Source: Rhynchopus sp. YZ270_cl-10
Taxonomy: Eukaryota
Reading direction: 5' to 3'
Length of the DNA: 64,000 nucleotides
Assembly (NCBI GenBank): GCA_964035575.1
Contig: OZ037838.1
Span: 1,736,001 to 1,800,000, forward strand
Numbering within the stretch: the first letter of the stretch is position 1; each line of letters opens with the position of its first letter. Positions 1-10,706 of this stretch are shown here, piece after piece. The translations under genes were made by a program, and so were the position numbers. The notes under the pieces were generated by a model. The model searched no databases, was not told the origin of the DNA, and saw only the letters and a program-made list of their open reading frames with translations.

Positions 1-1
1 T

Positions 2-136
2 GTGGCAACCCAGTCCTGTGTGCGGGTGATATTGGACAGCCACGATGCGTTTGTGATATCGCCGTGTTCACGTGTGGTTGTGTTTGAGTCATCAGATAGT
101 ACCACTCTTGTGTCACAGCATCTGTACCCCGACTGA
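2..136 (+). CDS. 3' end of a UBL-WD40 paralogue (partial, cut by window edge)
   Basis: Reads VATQSCVRVILDSHDAFVISPCSRVVVFESSDSTTLVSQHLYPD*, matching the last blade of the downstream paralogues; TGA at 134-136. Confidence 0.9.
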   Translation: MATQSCVRVILDSHDAFVISPCSRVVVFESSDSTTLVSQHLYPD

Positions 137-398
137 GCGATGCAGTCCACCCTGTGTGGGAAGTACCTCCTCGTTGTCGCGAGTACTGCGGTGTGTTGCT
201 ATCGTGCGTTGCATCAGTATTTGCGTTGCACCCTCGACCTACTAGCCTGTGAGGGAATTCATTTTGAGACATTTTGAGAATAACGACCACACCACCCTTT
301 ACCTCTCTTTTTCACTTTTGCTTTGTTAAAACCCTCTTCTGTTGGTGGAAACTACAGACACAACGAAACCGTCACAAACACACAAAACAAAACAACCC

Positions 399-446
399 AC
401 ACCTCATCTCCTCCCAACAGAGGTGGAACAAGAAGAAGACAAAACA
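399..446 (+). promoter_or_regulatory. Putative spliced-leader trans-splice acceptor (pyrimidine tract + AG at 419-420) and short 5' UTR, repeated before most array genes
   Basis: acacctcatctcctcccaacAG|aggtggaacaagaagaagacaaaacaATG is conserved before most copies. A variant, cacctcatcactcAG|cataagaagacaaa(a/c)caATG, precedes the 15174, 21102 and 35543 copies. Confidence 0.55.
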
Positions 447-1610
447 ATGGATGTGACCTTTGTGCTGGAAGAGTCAGGCGTGACTGCGACAGTGGAGGTG
501 CCGTGCGAGGCGGACGTTGCAGCGGCAAAGGAGGTTGCGTGCACGGCGCTTGCTGTCTCGCCTGCGTCTGTCGAGATGCGCATCGGCACGCAGGTGCTGG
601 AGGGGACGTGCCGTCTGCAGGACACTGCGTTTGATGCAGGGGTGCAGGTTGTGCTTGCCCGCCGCTTTGCCGACATCAAGTGTCCTGCTAAGCTCAGTCT
701 GCCGCCTGGCTTGTCTCTCTTCTCGTTGTCTCCTTGTGGATCGCTCTGTCTCTATTTGTACTTTAATGGTTTCAATCTCGGTGGAGGTTCCAGTTTTGGT
801 GGCGTCGGCGTTGATACAGAAGCCTTCGAGACTGCCTTCGAGTTTGAAATCGAATTCGGTGGGCTTGGTCCAGCTGCCATCTCACGATGCAAGACACACT
901 GCTACATGGCGTTCAGGCGTTGTCTTGCCAAGGTTGCGCTTCCGGGTGGGGAGGTGGTCCGCAAAGTCGACGGCCTCTCGACGTGGGTGTTCGCGTGTGG
1001 CGGTGTTCTTATCTCCCAAGGCAAAGGCGGCGTCTCTGTGTATGACGAAGACCTGACGTTTCTCCTCACTCTCTCACACAAGGGGTGCAACGAGGGGAGC
1101 GACGTGGCACTGTCTGACTGTGGTGGGTGGGTGATCACCTCTTCCGGGAAGGAGAAGAACGCGCGTCTGTGGGATGTGAACACAGGTGAAGCTGTGGCAT
1201 GTGTGCCTGCGGATGGGAGGCGAGTGGCGCTTTCACGGTCTGCCTCTGTCTTTGCTGTGGAGTGCTCTCAGAAAGTGCAGCTCTATGACTGGAGTGGTGC
1301 GGCTCTTGGCAGCTTTGAAGAGGAGCTGTCTCGCGTCTTTGCCGTGCAGTTCACTCCGTGTGGGAAGTACGTCGTTGTTGGGTTTGTGAGTGGTGACATT
1401 GTTCTGGATGATGAGCGCGCCCTACACCAGTATGATGTGGCAACCATGTCCTGTGTGCGTGTGATACCAAATGCCAAGCAAGCATTTGCGATATCGCCGT
1501 GTTCACATGTGGTTTTGTTTGAGTCAGGAGAAAGTGACGACCTTGTGTCACAGCATCTGTACCCCTACTTGAGTGATGTTTCGGATGAAAACAGAGAAGA
1601 GTTGCCCTGA
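447..1610 (+). CDS. Ubiquitin-like domain + WD40-like 7-blade beta-propeller protein (array copy, YLSDVSDE-tail type)
   Basis: ATG of the conserved MDVTFVLEESG; ~72-aa beta-grasp-like pattern ending VQVVLARR; seven blades including SDCGGWVITSS..ARLWDVNTGE, VQLYDWSG and QFTPCGKY. Confidence 0.9.
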   Translation: MDVTFVLEESGVTATVEVPCEADVAAAKEVACTALAVSPASVEMRIGTQVLEGTCRLQDTAFDAGVQVVLARRFADIKCPAKLSLPPGLSLFSLSPCGSLCLYLYFNGFNLGGGSSFGGVGVDTEAFETAFEFEIEFGGLGPAAISRCKTHCYMAFRRCLAKVALPGGEVVRKVDGLSTWVFACGGVLISQGKGGVSVYDEDLTFLLTLSHKGCNEGSDVALSDCGGWVITSSGKEKNARLWDVNTGEAVACVPADGRRVALSRSASVFAVECSQKVQLYDWSGAALGSFEEELSRVFAVQFTPCGKYVVVGFVSGDIVLDDERALHQYDVATMSCVRVIPNAKQAFAISPCSHVVLFESGESDDLVSQHLYPYLSDVSDENREELP

Positions 1611-2128
1611 TGAGCACAACAGCGTGCAGCTCTATGATTGTAGCAGTGCGGCTCTTTGCAGCTTTGATGAAGCATGGGCACGTCTGGATGCGTATCCTCC
1701 TCTCACTCGTACTTCAGGACGCGCGTTTTGGGGGTTTTCGGGACTTTTGGGGTTTGAAACAAATAATGGATGGAAGAAAATGCTGATGGACTGAGCGATC
1801 AACAAACAATGAATCAATAAAGATGGGGGTACTTTAGTTTGATATTTTGAGGATAACGCCCACACCACCCTTTACCCCTCTTCCACTTTTTCTTTCCGTC
1901 TGTCGGTGGAATTGACAACAACATCACAAACACACAAAACAAAACAACGCACACCTCATCTCCTCCTACCCACATCTTCTTTTCTAGACAACAGCTCTCT
2001 GCGTACGACACTCTATGTCGTTCTTGGAGACTCACTTTGCATGTGTCCTGTCGCGATATTCTCCGAAGTGCATGCATCGTAAACTACAACACAAAACACA
2101 GTTACACACAAAACACAACACAACAACC

Positions 2129-3148
2129 ATGGACGTGACCATTCAAAGCTTCGATAAGAAGGACCACGTCATCGAGGTGGGTGTGGACGATACTGTGATG
2201 GACGTGCGTCGCAACGTGGCGTCTGCACTGGGGTTGCACGAAGACAGCTTCAGCATGAGGTTCGGAGGGGAGGTTATGGACGGAGCTGACGTGAGGAACC
2301 TGAGTGCTGGGGACACCATTGTGCTGACGAGTAAGAAGGGCGAGGCTATTGCAACACTTCGTGCATTGGGTGAGAAGGACCTGACGGAGGAGCGGCTGGC
2401 AAATGTGGGGGATCCTCAAGTGGCGTGTTTGCTTCTGCAGGCGGAGGTTGCGAGCGTGATCAAGTTCATGTCAGGAGAGGAGTTCAAGCATCTTGGTATT
2501 ACAAACGTATCTGTTGTGAGTCGCAGTTCGGACAGCACTTACAGTGGTGACAGGGACGTCACGGACAGTAATGAAACACGCGACTTCTCCAGGTTGGGCA
2601 TTGTGCAGGTGATGGAGACAAAGTTTTTTATTAACTGCAACATGTTGACAGCAATGGACCTGTCTGAGGTGACGAATGTCACCACAATACACGATGACTT
2701 TCTTCGTGATTGCACGGGGTTGACGACACTCGACCTATCTGGGTTGACAACTGCGACCACCATTGGCTCGCACTTCTTGTATTGTTGTGCGGCATTAACA
2801 ACAATCAACCTCTCTGGGTTGACAAATGTCACTTCAATTGGTGACAACTTCATGCACTCTTGTGCGGCGATGCACGGACTCGACCTATGTGGGCTCACCA
2901 ATGTCGAAACCATAGGTTCGCACTTCCTGTACAATTGCACGGGGTTAACACGACTCGACCTCTCTTGGTTGGGCTATGTCACTCAGATTGATGAATCATT
3001 TCTTGGGGGCTGCCAAGCAGTCCTCGTACATCGTTCACGACCCGAAAACTACAGCAGCCTCGTTGTGATGAGGCATTGCCCGTACTGTCGTACTCCCCCA
3101 CCCCCTTCACCCCCTTGTCCTTATTTTTTGGAGCCGGGGCTTATATAG
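2129..3148 (+). CDS. Ubiquitin-like domain + leucine-rich-repeat (BspA/LRR_5-like, ~25-aa period) protein, copy 1
   Basis: N-terminus MDVTIQSFDKKDHVIEVGVDDTVMDVRRNVASALGL..LSAGDTIVL has a ubiquitin-like pattern; repeats of the form LTTLDLSGLTNVTSIGDNFMHSCAA follow. Confidence 0.88.
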   Translation: MDVTIQSFDKKDHVIEVGVDDTVMDVRRNVASALGLHEDSFSMRFGGEVMDGADVRNLSAGDTIVLTSKKGEAIATLRALGEKDLTEERLANVGDPQVACLLLQAEVASVIKFMSGEEFKHLGITNVSVVSRSSDSTYSGDRDVTDSNETRDFSRLGIVQVMETKFFINCNMLTAMDLSEVTNVTTIHDDFLRDCTGLTTLDLSGLTTATTIGSHFLYCCAALTTINLSGLTNVTSIGDNFMHSCAAMHGLDLCGLTNVETIGSHFLYNCTGLTRLDLSWLGYVTQIDESFLGGCQAVLVHRSRPENYSSLVVMRHCPYCRTPPPPSPPCPYFLEPGLI

Positions 3149-3609
3149 GGCGGGTAAACAGTTTTGCGAGCCCGCAATTTTAAACTAAACGTTTTACACT
3201 CCGGCTATATTGTATAAGCTCGTAAACGCGTAGTTTGTATTTATACGGGGTTCCTATTTCGTGAATATTTAAATCTAAAGGTTTTTTTTAGCGCTGCAAA
3301 GTTTGCCAAATCATTATTTACACCTATTGTATTTGAAACAGGGTCGTGGCCGCTATCATATTCAGTAACCTGCAAGTTTTTGTTTCCTCCTTTTGTGCAC
3401 AACACAGGAAAACGGGAAACGTAAAAGGGGATAGGTTGCGAGTTGGAAACTTGTACGCTTCCACTCATGTTTTGAAGACTTGTTCACAAAGAAGATCCAA
3501 AATTGAAATAGAAAATGTAGTTTCAAATACAATACATTCAAAAGAACAGAAAGTAAGAAACGTGAAAGTCCTGAAGTACAGATGTTGATGTGAGAAGGGA
3601 GGAGCACAA

Positions 3610-3912
3610 ATGAGGGTGAAAACAGTTAGTGCAACTGAGCAGTTGCCCCTGTCAACTGCGTTTGACTATAACAACGTAAGTAGGACCTCTTCGAAGGAAA
3701 GCACGCCGATCTCAGGACGAGAACTTTCTGTTCTTGCATGTGTGTCATTCATCATTGGTGTGTTCGCAGTGCAGCTACAACAACAAGAACATACCACACC
3801 CTCCCCAGTCCCACCCTACACATTTCGCCCCTTTGCAGAAAAGGAGCTTTTATGCAACTCATCCTCGTTGTCTACACTCATACAACCATGTTTTCAGAGA
3901 GAAGCAAAATAA
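3610..3912 (+). pseudogene. Short ORF with one hydrophobic segment (possible N-terminal fragment of a type II membrane protein), duplicated at 6341
   Basis: True ATG; hydrophobic stretch SVLACVSFIIGVFAV; lies in a ~590-bp duplication (~3400-3990 vs ~6126-6740); the two copies fall out of frame after PVPPY. Confidence 0.3.
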
Positions 3913-4180
3913 TCAATAAAAAAGAAGCACAACAAAACACGAAACCACACACCTTTGTTTCCCCTCTGTACCTCCCCGCTCTCCTCTTTTTCAAGAACGC
4001 TCCTTCGCTAATGACGCGATCTTCTTTGCTGGACAACAGCTCTCTGCGTACGACACTCTATGTCGTTCTTGGAGACTCACTTTGCATGTGTCCTGTCGCG
4101 ATCTTCTTTGTTCTCCCAAGTGCATGCATCGTAAACTACAACACAAAACACAGTTACACACAAAACACAACACAACAACC

Positions 4181-5200
4181 ATGGACGTGACCATTCAAAG
4201 CTTCGATAAGAAGGACCACGTCATCGAGGTGGGTGTGGACGATACTGTGATGGACGTGCGTCGCAACGTGGCGTCTGCACTGGGGTTGCACGAAGACAGC
4301 TTCAGCATGAGGTTCGGAGGGGAGGTTATGGACGGAGCTGACGTGAGGAACCTGAGTGCTGGGGACACCATTGTGCTGACGAGTAAGAAGGGCGAGGCTA
4401 TTGCAACACTTCGTGCATTGGGTGAGAAGGACCTGACGGAGGAGCGGCTGGCAAATGTGGGGGATCCTCAAGTGGCGTGTTTGCTTCTGCAGGCGGAGGT
4501 TGCGAGCGTGATCAAGTTCATGTCAGGAGAGGAGTTCAAGCATCTTGGTATTACAAACGTATCTGTTGTGAGTCGCAGTTCGGACAGCACTTACAGTGGT
4601 TACAGGGACGTCACCGACAGTAATGAAACACGCGACTTCTCCAGGTTGGGCATTGTGCAGGTGATGGAGACAAAGTTTTTTATTAACTGCAACATGTTGA
4701 CAGCAATGGACCTGTCTGAGGTGACGAATGTCACCACAATACACGATGACTTTCTTCGTGATTGCACGGGGTTGACGACACTCGACCTATCTGGGTTGAC
4801 AACTGCGACCACCATTGGCTCGCACTGCTTGTATAATTGTGCGGCGTTAACAACAATCGACCTCTCCGGGTTGACAAATGTCACTTCAATTGGTGACAAC
4901 TTCATGCACTCTTGTTCGGCGATGCACGGACTCGACCTATGTGGGCTCACCAATGTCGAAACCATAGGTTCGCACTTCCTGTACAATTGCACGGGGTTAA
5001 CACGACTCAACCTCTCTTGGTTGGGCTATGTCACTCAGATTGGTGAATCATTTCTTGGGGGCTGCCAAGCAGTCCTCGTACATCGTTCACGACCCGAAAA
5101 CTACAGCAGCGTCGTTGTGACGAGGCATTGCCCGTACTGTCGTACTCCCCCACCCCCTCCGCCCCCTTGTCCTTATTTTTTGGAGCCGGGGCTTATATAG
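4181..5200 (+). CDS. Ubiquitin-like domain + LRR protein, copy 2
   Basis: Same length (1020 nt) as 2129..3148 and nearly identical; about 10 aa differences, all after codon ~140. Confidence 0.88.
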   Translation: MDVTIQSFDKKDHVIEVGVDDTVMDVRRNVASALGLHEDSFSMRFGGEVMDGADVRNLSAGDTIVLTSKKGEAIATLRALGEKDLTEERLANVGDPQVACLLLQAEVASVIKFMSGEEFKHLGITNVSVVSRSSDSTYSGYRDVTDSNETRDFSRLGIVQVMETKFFINCNMLTAMDLSEVTNVTTIHDDFLRDCTGLTTLDLSGLTTATTIGSHCLYNCAALTTIDLSGLTNVTSIGDNFMHSCSAMHGLDLCGLTNVETIGSHFLYNCTGLTRLNLSWLGYVTQIGESFLGGCQAVLVHRSRPENYSSVVVTRHCPYCRTPPPPPPPCPYFLEPGLI

Positions 5201-5753
5201 GGGGGTAAACAGTTTTGCGAGCCCGAATTTTTAACTAAACGTTTTACACTCCGGCTATATTGTATAAGCTCGTAAATGCGTAGTTTGTATTTATACGGGG
5301 TTCCTATTTCGTGAATATTTAAATCTAAAGGTTTTTTTTTAGCGCTGCAAATTTCGCCAAATATTTATTTACACCTCTTCCCGAGTTTTTGTCCGAATAT
5401 ACGGTTACAGTCCCACCCTTTACACCTTTTTTCCCCTTTGCAGAAAAAGGAACGTTATGCAACTCATCCTTTGTGTCTACACTCATACAACCATGTTTTC
5501 AAAGAGAAGCAATATTTTCAATATAAAAGAAGCACAACAAAACACGAAACCACACACCTTTGTTTCCCCTCTGTACCTCCCCGCTCTCCTCTTTTGCAAG
5601 AACGCTCCTTCGCTAATGACGCGATCTTCTTTGCTGGACAACAGCTCTCTGCGTACGACACTCTATGTCGTTCTTGGAGACTCACTTTTCATGTGTCATG
5701 CATGTAAACTACAACACAAAACACAGTTATACACAAAACACAACACAACAACC

Positions 5754-5993
5754 ATGTACGTGACCATTCAAAACTTCGATAAGGAGGACCACGTCATCGA
5801 GGTGGGTGTGGACGATACTGTGATGGACGTGCGTCGCAACGTGGCGTCTGCACTGGGGTTGCACGAAGACAGCTTTGGCATGAGGTGCGGAACTAAATTT
5901 ATATACGGAGCTGACGTGAGGGACCTGAGTGCTGGGGACAGTACACAGTACACAGGTACACAGGTACACAGTACAAAAATAGTTTTTTTCTGA
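5754..5993 (+). pseudogene. Truncated third UBL-LRR copy (UBL only)
   Basis: MYVTIQNFDKEDHVIEVG..LSAGD is homologous until ~5940, then replaced by (G)GTACACA repeats and a stop. Confidence 0.85.
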
Positions 5994-6086
5994 TTTTTCG
6001 ACCCCGCGGATAGGCGCGGATAGGTCAGGATAGGTCCGGATAGGCCCGGATATGGCCGGATAGGGCAAGGATAGACCGGATAGGGC
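5941..6086. repeat. Short tandem repeats: (G)GTACACA x~4-5 then ~10-bp CGGATAGGNN x8
   Basis: Read directly: gtacacagtacacaggtacacaggtacacagtaca; cggataggcg cggataggtc aggataggtc cggataggcc cggatatggc cggatagggc aaggatagac cggatagggc. Confidence 0.85.
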
Positions 6087-6827
6087 CAAAAGCCGGTTTT
6101 TTTTTTTTGGGGCAAAATCAGGTGGACAACACAGGAAAACGGGAAACGAAAAAGGGGATAAGTTGCGAGTTGGCAACTTGTACGCTTCCACTCATGTTCT
6201 GAAGACTTATATGTTTACAAAGAAGCTCCAAAATTGAAATAGAAAATATAGTTTCAAATACAATACATTCAAAAGAACAGAAAGTAAGAAACGTGAAAGT
6301 CCTGAAGTACAGATGTTGATGTGAGAAGGGAGGAGCACAAATGAGGGTGAAAACAGTTAGTGCAACTGAGCAGTTGCCCCTGTCAACTGCGTTTGACTAT
6401 AACAACGTAAGTAGGACCTCTTCGAAGGAAAGCACGACGATCTCAGGACGAGAACTTTCTGTTCTTGCATGTGTGTCATTCATCATTGGTGTGTTCGCAG
6501 TGCAGCTACAACAACAAGAACATGCCACACCCTCCCCAGTCCCACCCTACCCTGTACACATTTCGCCCCTTTGCAGAAAAGGAGCTTTTATGCAACTCAT
6601 CCTCGTTGTCTACACTCATGCAACCATGTTTTCAGAGAGAAGCAAAATATTCAGTTAAAGAGAAGCACAACAAAACACGAAACCACACACCTTTGTTTCC
6701 CCTCTGTACCTCCCCGCTCTCCTCTTGCAAGAACGCTCCTTGTTTAACCCACCAACCTTCTTATTTGTCGTTGCGAAGTGACACCACCAACCATCACATC
6801 AAACACAACAGACCCCTTAAGAATATG

Positions 6828-7988
6828 ATGGATGTGACCTTTGTGCTGGAAGAGTCAGGCGTGACTGCGACAGTGGAGGTGCCGTGCGAGGCGGACGCTG
6901 CAGCGGCAAAGGAGGTTGCGTGCACGGCGCTTGCTGTCTCGCCTGCGTCTGTCGAGATGCGCATCGGCACGCAGGTGCTGGAGGGGACGTGCCGTCTGCA
7001 GGACACTGCGTTTGATTCAGGGGTGCAGGTTGTGCTTGCCCGCCGCTTTGCCGACATCAAGTGTCCTGCTGTGCACAGTCCGGAGGATAACTTTCCTAAC
7101 TTGCGTAACTCCTCGTTGTCTCCTTGTGGAACGCTCTGTCTCTATTTCCACTCGAAAGATTACCATACCAGTGCAGTCGTCGGCTTTGACACAGAAACCT
7201 TCGAGACTGCCTTCAAGTTTGAAATCGTACTTGGTGCGCGAGGTCCAGCTGCCATCTCACGGTGCAAGACACACTGCTACATGGCGTTCAGGCATTATCT
7301 TGCCAAGGTTGCGCTTCCGAGTGGGGAGGTGGTCCGTAAGGTTTACTGCCTCTCGACGTCGGTGTTTGCGTGTGGCGGTGTTGTTGTGTTGAAGGGCAAT
7401 GACGGCGTCTCTGTGTATGACGAAGACCTGACGTTGCTCCGCACTCTCTCGCACGAAGGGTGCGGCGAGGGGAGCGACGTGGCACTGTCTGACTGTGGTG
7501 GGTGGGTGATCACGTCCTCCTTCACGGAGCAAAATGCACGTCTGTGGGATGTGAACACAGGTGAAGCATGTGTTCCTGCGGATGGGTTGGGTACAGTGGC
7601 GCTTTCACGGTGTGCCTCTGTCTTTGCTGTGGGGTGCTCTGACAAAGTGCAGCTCTATGACTGGAGTGGTGCGGCTCTTGGCAGCTTTGAAAGGGAGGAG
7701 TCTCGCGTCTTTGCCGTGCAGTTCACTCCGTGTGGGAAGTACGTCGTTGTTGGCTTTGTGAGTGGTGACTTTGAAGTGTGTTCTGAAGAGTGCACCCTAC
7801 ACCAGTATGATGTGGCGACCATGTCCTGTGTGCATGTGATACCAAATGCCGACCAAGCTACGTTTGCGATATCGCCGTGTTCACGTGTGGTTTTGTTTGA
7901 GTCAGGAGAAGGTGCCAACCTTGTGTCACAGCATCTGTACCCCTACTTGAGTGATGTTTCGGATGAAAACAGAGAAGAGTTGCCCTGA
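6828..7988 (+). CDS. UBL + WD40 beta-propeller protein (YLSDVSDENREELP tail)
   Basis: MDVTFVLEESG start (an extra in-frame ATG lies at 6825); full blade set. Confidence 0.9.
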   Translation: MDVTFVLEESGVTATVEVPCEADAAAAKEVACTALAVSPASVEMRIGTQVLEGTCRLQDTAFDSGVQVVLARRFADIKCPAVHSPEDNFPNLRNSSLSPCGTLCLYFHSKDYHTSAVVGFDTETFETAFKFEIVLGARGPAAISRCKTHCYMAFRHYLAKVALPSGEVVRKVYCLSTSVFACGGVVVLKGNDGVSVYDEDLTLLRTLSHEGCGEGSDVALSDCGGWVITSSFTEQNARLWDVNTGEACVPADGLGTVALSRCASVFAVGCSDKVQLYDWSGAALGSFEREESRVFAVQFTPCGKYVVVGFVSGDFEVCSEECTLHQYDVATMSCVHVIPNADQATFAISPCSRVVLFESGEGANLVSQHLYPYLSDVSDENREELP

Positions 7989-8402
7989 TGAGCACAACAG
8001 CGTGCAGCTCTATGATTGTAGCAGTGCGGCTCTTTGCAGCTTTGATGAAGCATGGGCACGTCTGGATGCGTATCCTCCTCTCACCCGTACTTCAGGACGC
8101 GCGTTTTGGGGGTTTTCGGGACTTTTGGGGTTTGAAACAAATAATGGATGGAAGAAAATGCTGATGGACTGAGCGATCAACAAACAACCAATCAATAAAG
8201 AAGGGGGGGGGTATTTCATTTTGATATTTTGAGGATAACGACCACACCACCTTTCCTCTCTTTTTCGCTTTTGCCTTGTTCCAACCGTCGTTTGTTCTGT
8301 GCTGGTGGAATCGACAACAACGAAACCATCACAAACAAACACACAAAACAACGCACACCTCATCTCCTCCCAACAGAGGTGTAACAAGAAGAAGACAAAA
8401 CA

Positions 8403-9509
8403 ATGGATGTGACCTTTGTGCTGGAAGAGTCAGGCGTGACTGCGACAGTGGAGGTGCCGTGCGAGGCGGACGTTGCAGCGGCAAAGGAGGTTGCGTGCAC
8501 GGCGCTTGCTGTCTCGCCTGCGTCTGTCGAGATGCGCATCGGCACGCAGGTGCTGGAGGGGACGTGCCGTCTGCAGGACACTGCGTTTGGTGCAGGGGTG
8601 CAGGTTGTGCTTGCCTGTCCTCGCTTGGCCGACATCAAGTGTCCTGCTGAGTACAATAGACCAGGGCAGTCAGACCATTTTTCACTGTCGCGTTGTGGCA
8701 CGCTCTGTGTCTACTGTGTTCCTGATCATTTCGGGTTTGTTCGTAGACAGCAGGTTTGTGGCTTCGACACAGAAACCTTCAACACTGCTTTCGATTTCAC
8801 AATGGACCATTGTACGAGTAGTGCGCCTGCCATCTCACGGTGCAAGAGACGCTGCTACATGGCGTTCAGGCATTGTCTTCTCGAAGTTGCACTTCCTGGT
8901 GGGGAGGTGGTCCGCAAAGTCGACGGTTCCTGTGCGTCAGTGTCCGCGTGTGGTGGTGTTGTTGTCTCCCAAGTCTTTAGCAGCGTGTACGTGTATGACG
9001 AAGACCTGACGTTGCTCCGCACTCTCTCGCACGAAGGGTGCATGAAGGTGGCAGTGTCTGACTGTGGTGGGTGGGTTATCACCTCCTCCGACACGGAGCA
9101 GAACGTACGTCTGTGGGATGTGAACACAGGTGTTGCTGTTGCACGCGTACCTGCGGTTGGGACTCACGTGGCGCTTTCACGATCTGCCTCTGTCTTTGCT
9201 GTGGTGCGCTATCCCAAAGTGCAGCTCTACGACTGGAGTGGTGCGGCTCTTCGCAGCTTTGAAGAGGAGCAGTATGCAATCGTTGGCATGCAGTTCACTC
9301 CGTGTGGGAAGTACCTTGTGGTTGAGTTTTTGTGTGATGATGAAAACGAAATTCGTGCACTCCACCAGTATGATGTGGCGACCATGTCCTGTGTGCATGT
9401 GATACAGGATGTCTTCGATGCGTTTGCGATATCGCCGTGTTCACGTGTGGTTATGTTTCGTTCATCAGAAAGTACTGCCCTCCTGACCAGACATCTGTAC
9501 CCCTACTGA
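8403..9509 (+). CDS. UBL + WD40 beta-propeller protein (HLYPY* tail)
   Basis: Intact 368-aa paralogue. Confidence 0.9.
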   Translation: MDVTFVLEESGVTATVEVPCEADVAAAKEVACTALAVSPASVEMRIGTQVLEGTCRLQDTAFGAGVQVVLACPRLADIKCPAEYNRPGQSDHFSLSRCGTLCVYCVPDHFGFVRRQQVCGFDTETFNTAFDFTMDHCTSSAPAISRCKRRCYMAFRHCLLEVALPGGEVVRKVDGSCASVSACGGVVVSQVFSSVYVYDEDLTLLRTLSHEGCMKVAVSDCGGWVITSSDTEQNVRLWDVNTGVAVARVPAVGTHVALSRSASVFAVVRYPKVQLYDWSGAALRSFEEEQYAIVGMQFTPCGKYLVVEFLCDDENEIRALHQYDVATMSCVHVIQDVFDAFAISPCSRVVMFRSSESTALLTRHLYPY

Positions 9510-9680
9510 GCGATGCAGTCCACCCTGTGTGGGAAGTACCTCCTCGCTGTCGCTGAGTACTGCGGTGTGTTGCTATCGTGCGTTGCATCAGTATTGACGA
9601 TATCCACCCGCGCCCTACTGGAGTTCCTAAATTTGAGACATTTTTGTGACAGCACAGCCTCACACTGAGTCACAGTACGG

Positions 9681-10570
9681 CAGTGTTTTTTCTAAGGGGG
9701 TTGGAGGGGGGCACTTTACACCCCTGGGATTTTTTTTGGGGAAATACCGCCCCCCTCGAGGGGGGCGGTATTTTGGATTTTATTTTTTGGATTACTGTGG
9801 GTTTAAAGATCACCACAGGTGGTCTTTAACAACATTTTCAAACACCAAGTCGCTCACTCCGACCACTGCGCCGTCCGTCTACGCCCAGGACAGGCGTTTT
9901 TTGGTAGCAGTCAGCAAGTACTGCTGGCTAGAAGCCAACGCAGACGGGTACTATTGTACCCTCTGCCGCCGACACTACAACACTGGAGAGTGGGTATCAA
10001 GTCCAATGGACAACGTGCAGAGGCTGGACGAGAAAGCAGAGCGACACCACGTCAGCGTCGCCCACAGGAGAGCAACGATCTGAGCAACGATCCCAGCAAC
10101 GACCCTCCTCCTATGTCTTGATAAAGTACACGTACTTTATCAAGACATAGGAGGAGGGTCGTTGCTGGGATCGTTGCTCAGATCGTTGCTCTCCTGTGGG
10201 CGACGCTGACGTGGTGTCGCTCTGCTTTCTCGTCCAGCCTCTGCACGTTGTCCATTGGGCTTGATACCCACTCTCCAGTTTGCGGGTTTGCAATGCATGG
10301 GGCTGATGTCCCCCACCCCACTTCATCAAATCAAAAGCGCTGCCTCTACCCCCATCTTTCTTCCCTAAACAACCTTCACATACCCTCACAGAGGCTACAC
10401 ACACACCATGATATTCTGATGAGACCGAGTCCTTGTCGAGAAAGCTCGGAATACACCCAAAAATCCCTGAAAAACCACTTTCTGGGGGAATTTTTTTTTC
10501 TGGGGGGGGGGAAATTTTTTTTTTACCGCCCCCCTCGAAATGAAAAACCCAAATCCTAGAAAAAACACTG
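9681..10570 (+). mobile_element. Internally deleted hAT-like DNA transposon with a TTF-type zinc-finger remnant and an internal fold-back
   Basis: Perfect 14-bp TIRs CAGTGTTTTTTCTA (9681-9694 / 10557-10570); degenerate flanking repeat agtacg-g / agtacgag; ORF segment RRF..KYCWLEANADGYYCTLCRRH..EWVS..HHVSVAH resembles the ZnF_TTF motif of hAT transposases. Confidence 0.72.
9982..10279. repeat. Long palindrome: 148-bp arms, 2-nt loop, one mismatch
   Basis: 9982-10129 is the reverse complement of 10132-10279; the centre reads ATAAAGTAC-AC-GTACTTTAT. Confidence 0.97.
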
Positions 10571-10706
10571 AGTACGAGAATAAAAAAAACCACTTTCCTG
10601 AACCCCCTTACTTTTCTATACACTTTCCATTTTCCGACTTCCCTCACTTACCCACCCCACAACACACCCTCAGAGCAAGACACTAACCAACACCATACAA
10701 GCCCAG

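Noticed and set aside
342..446. N-terminal extensions in the ORF track (e.g. 342, 6465, 18585, 25171, 40460, 49291)
   Set aside because: They start at GTG/TTG, are not conserved in frame between paralogues, and cross the likely splice-acceptor tract.
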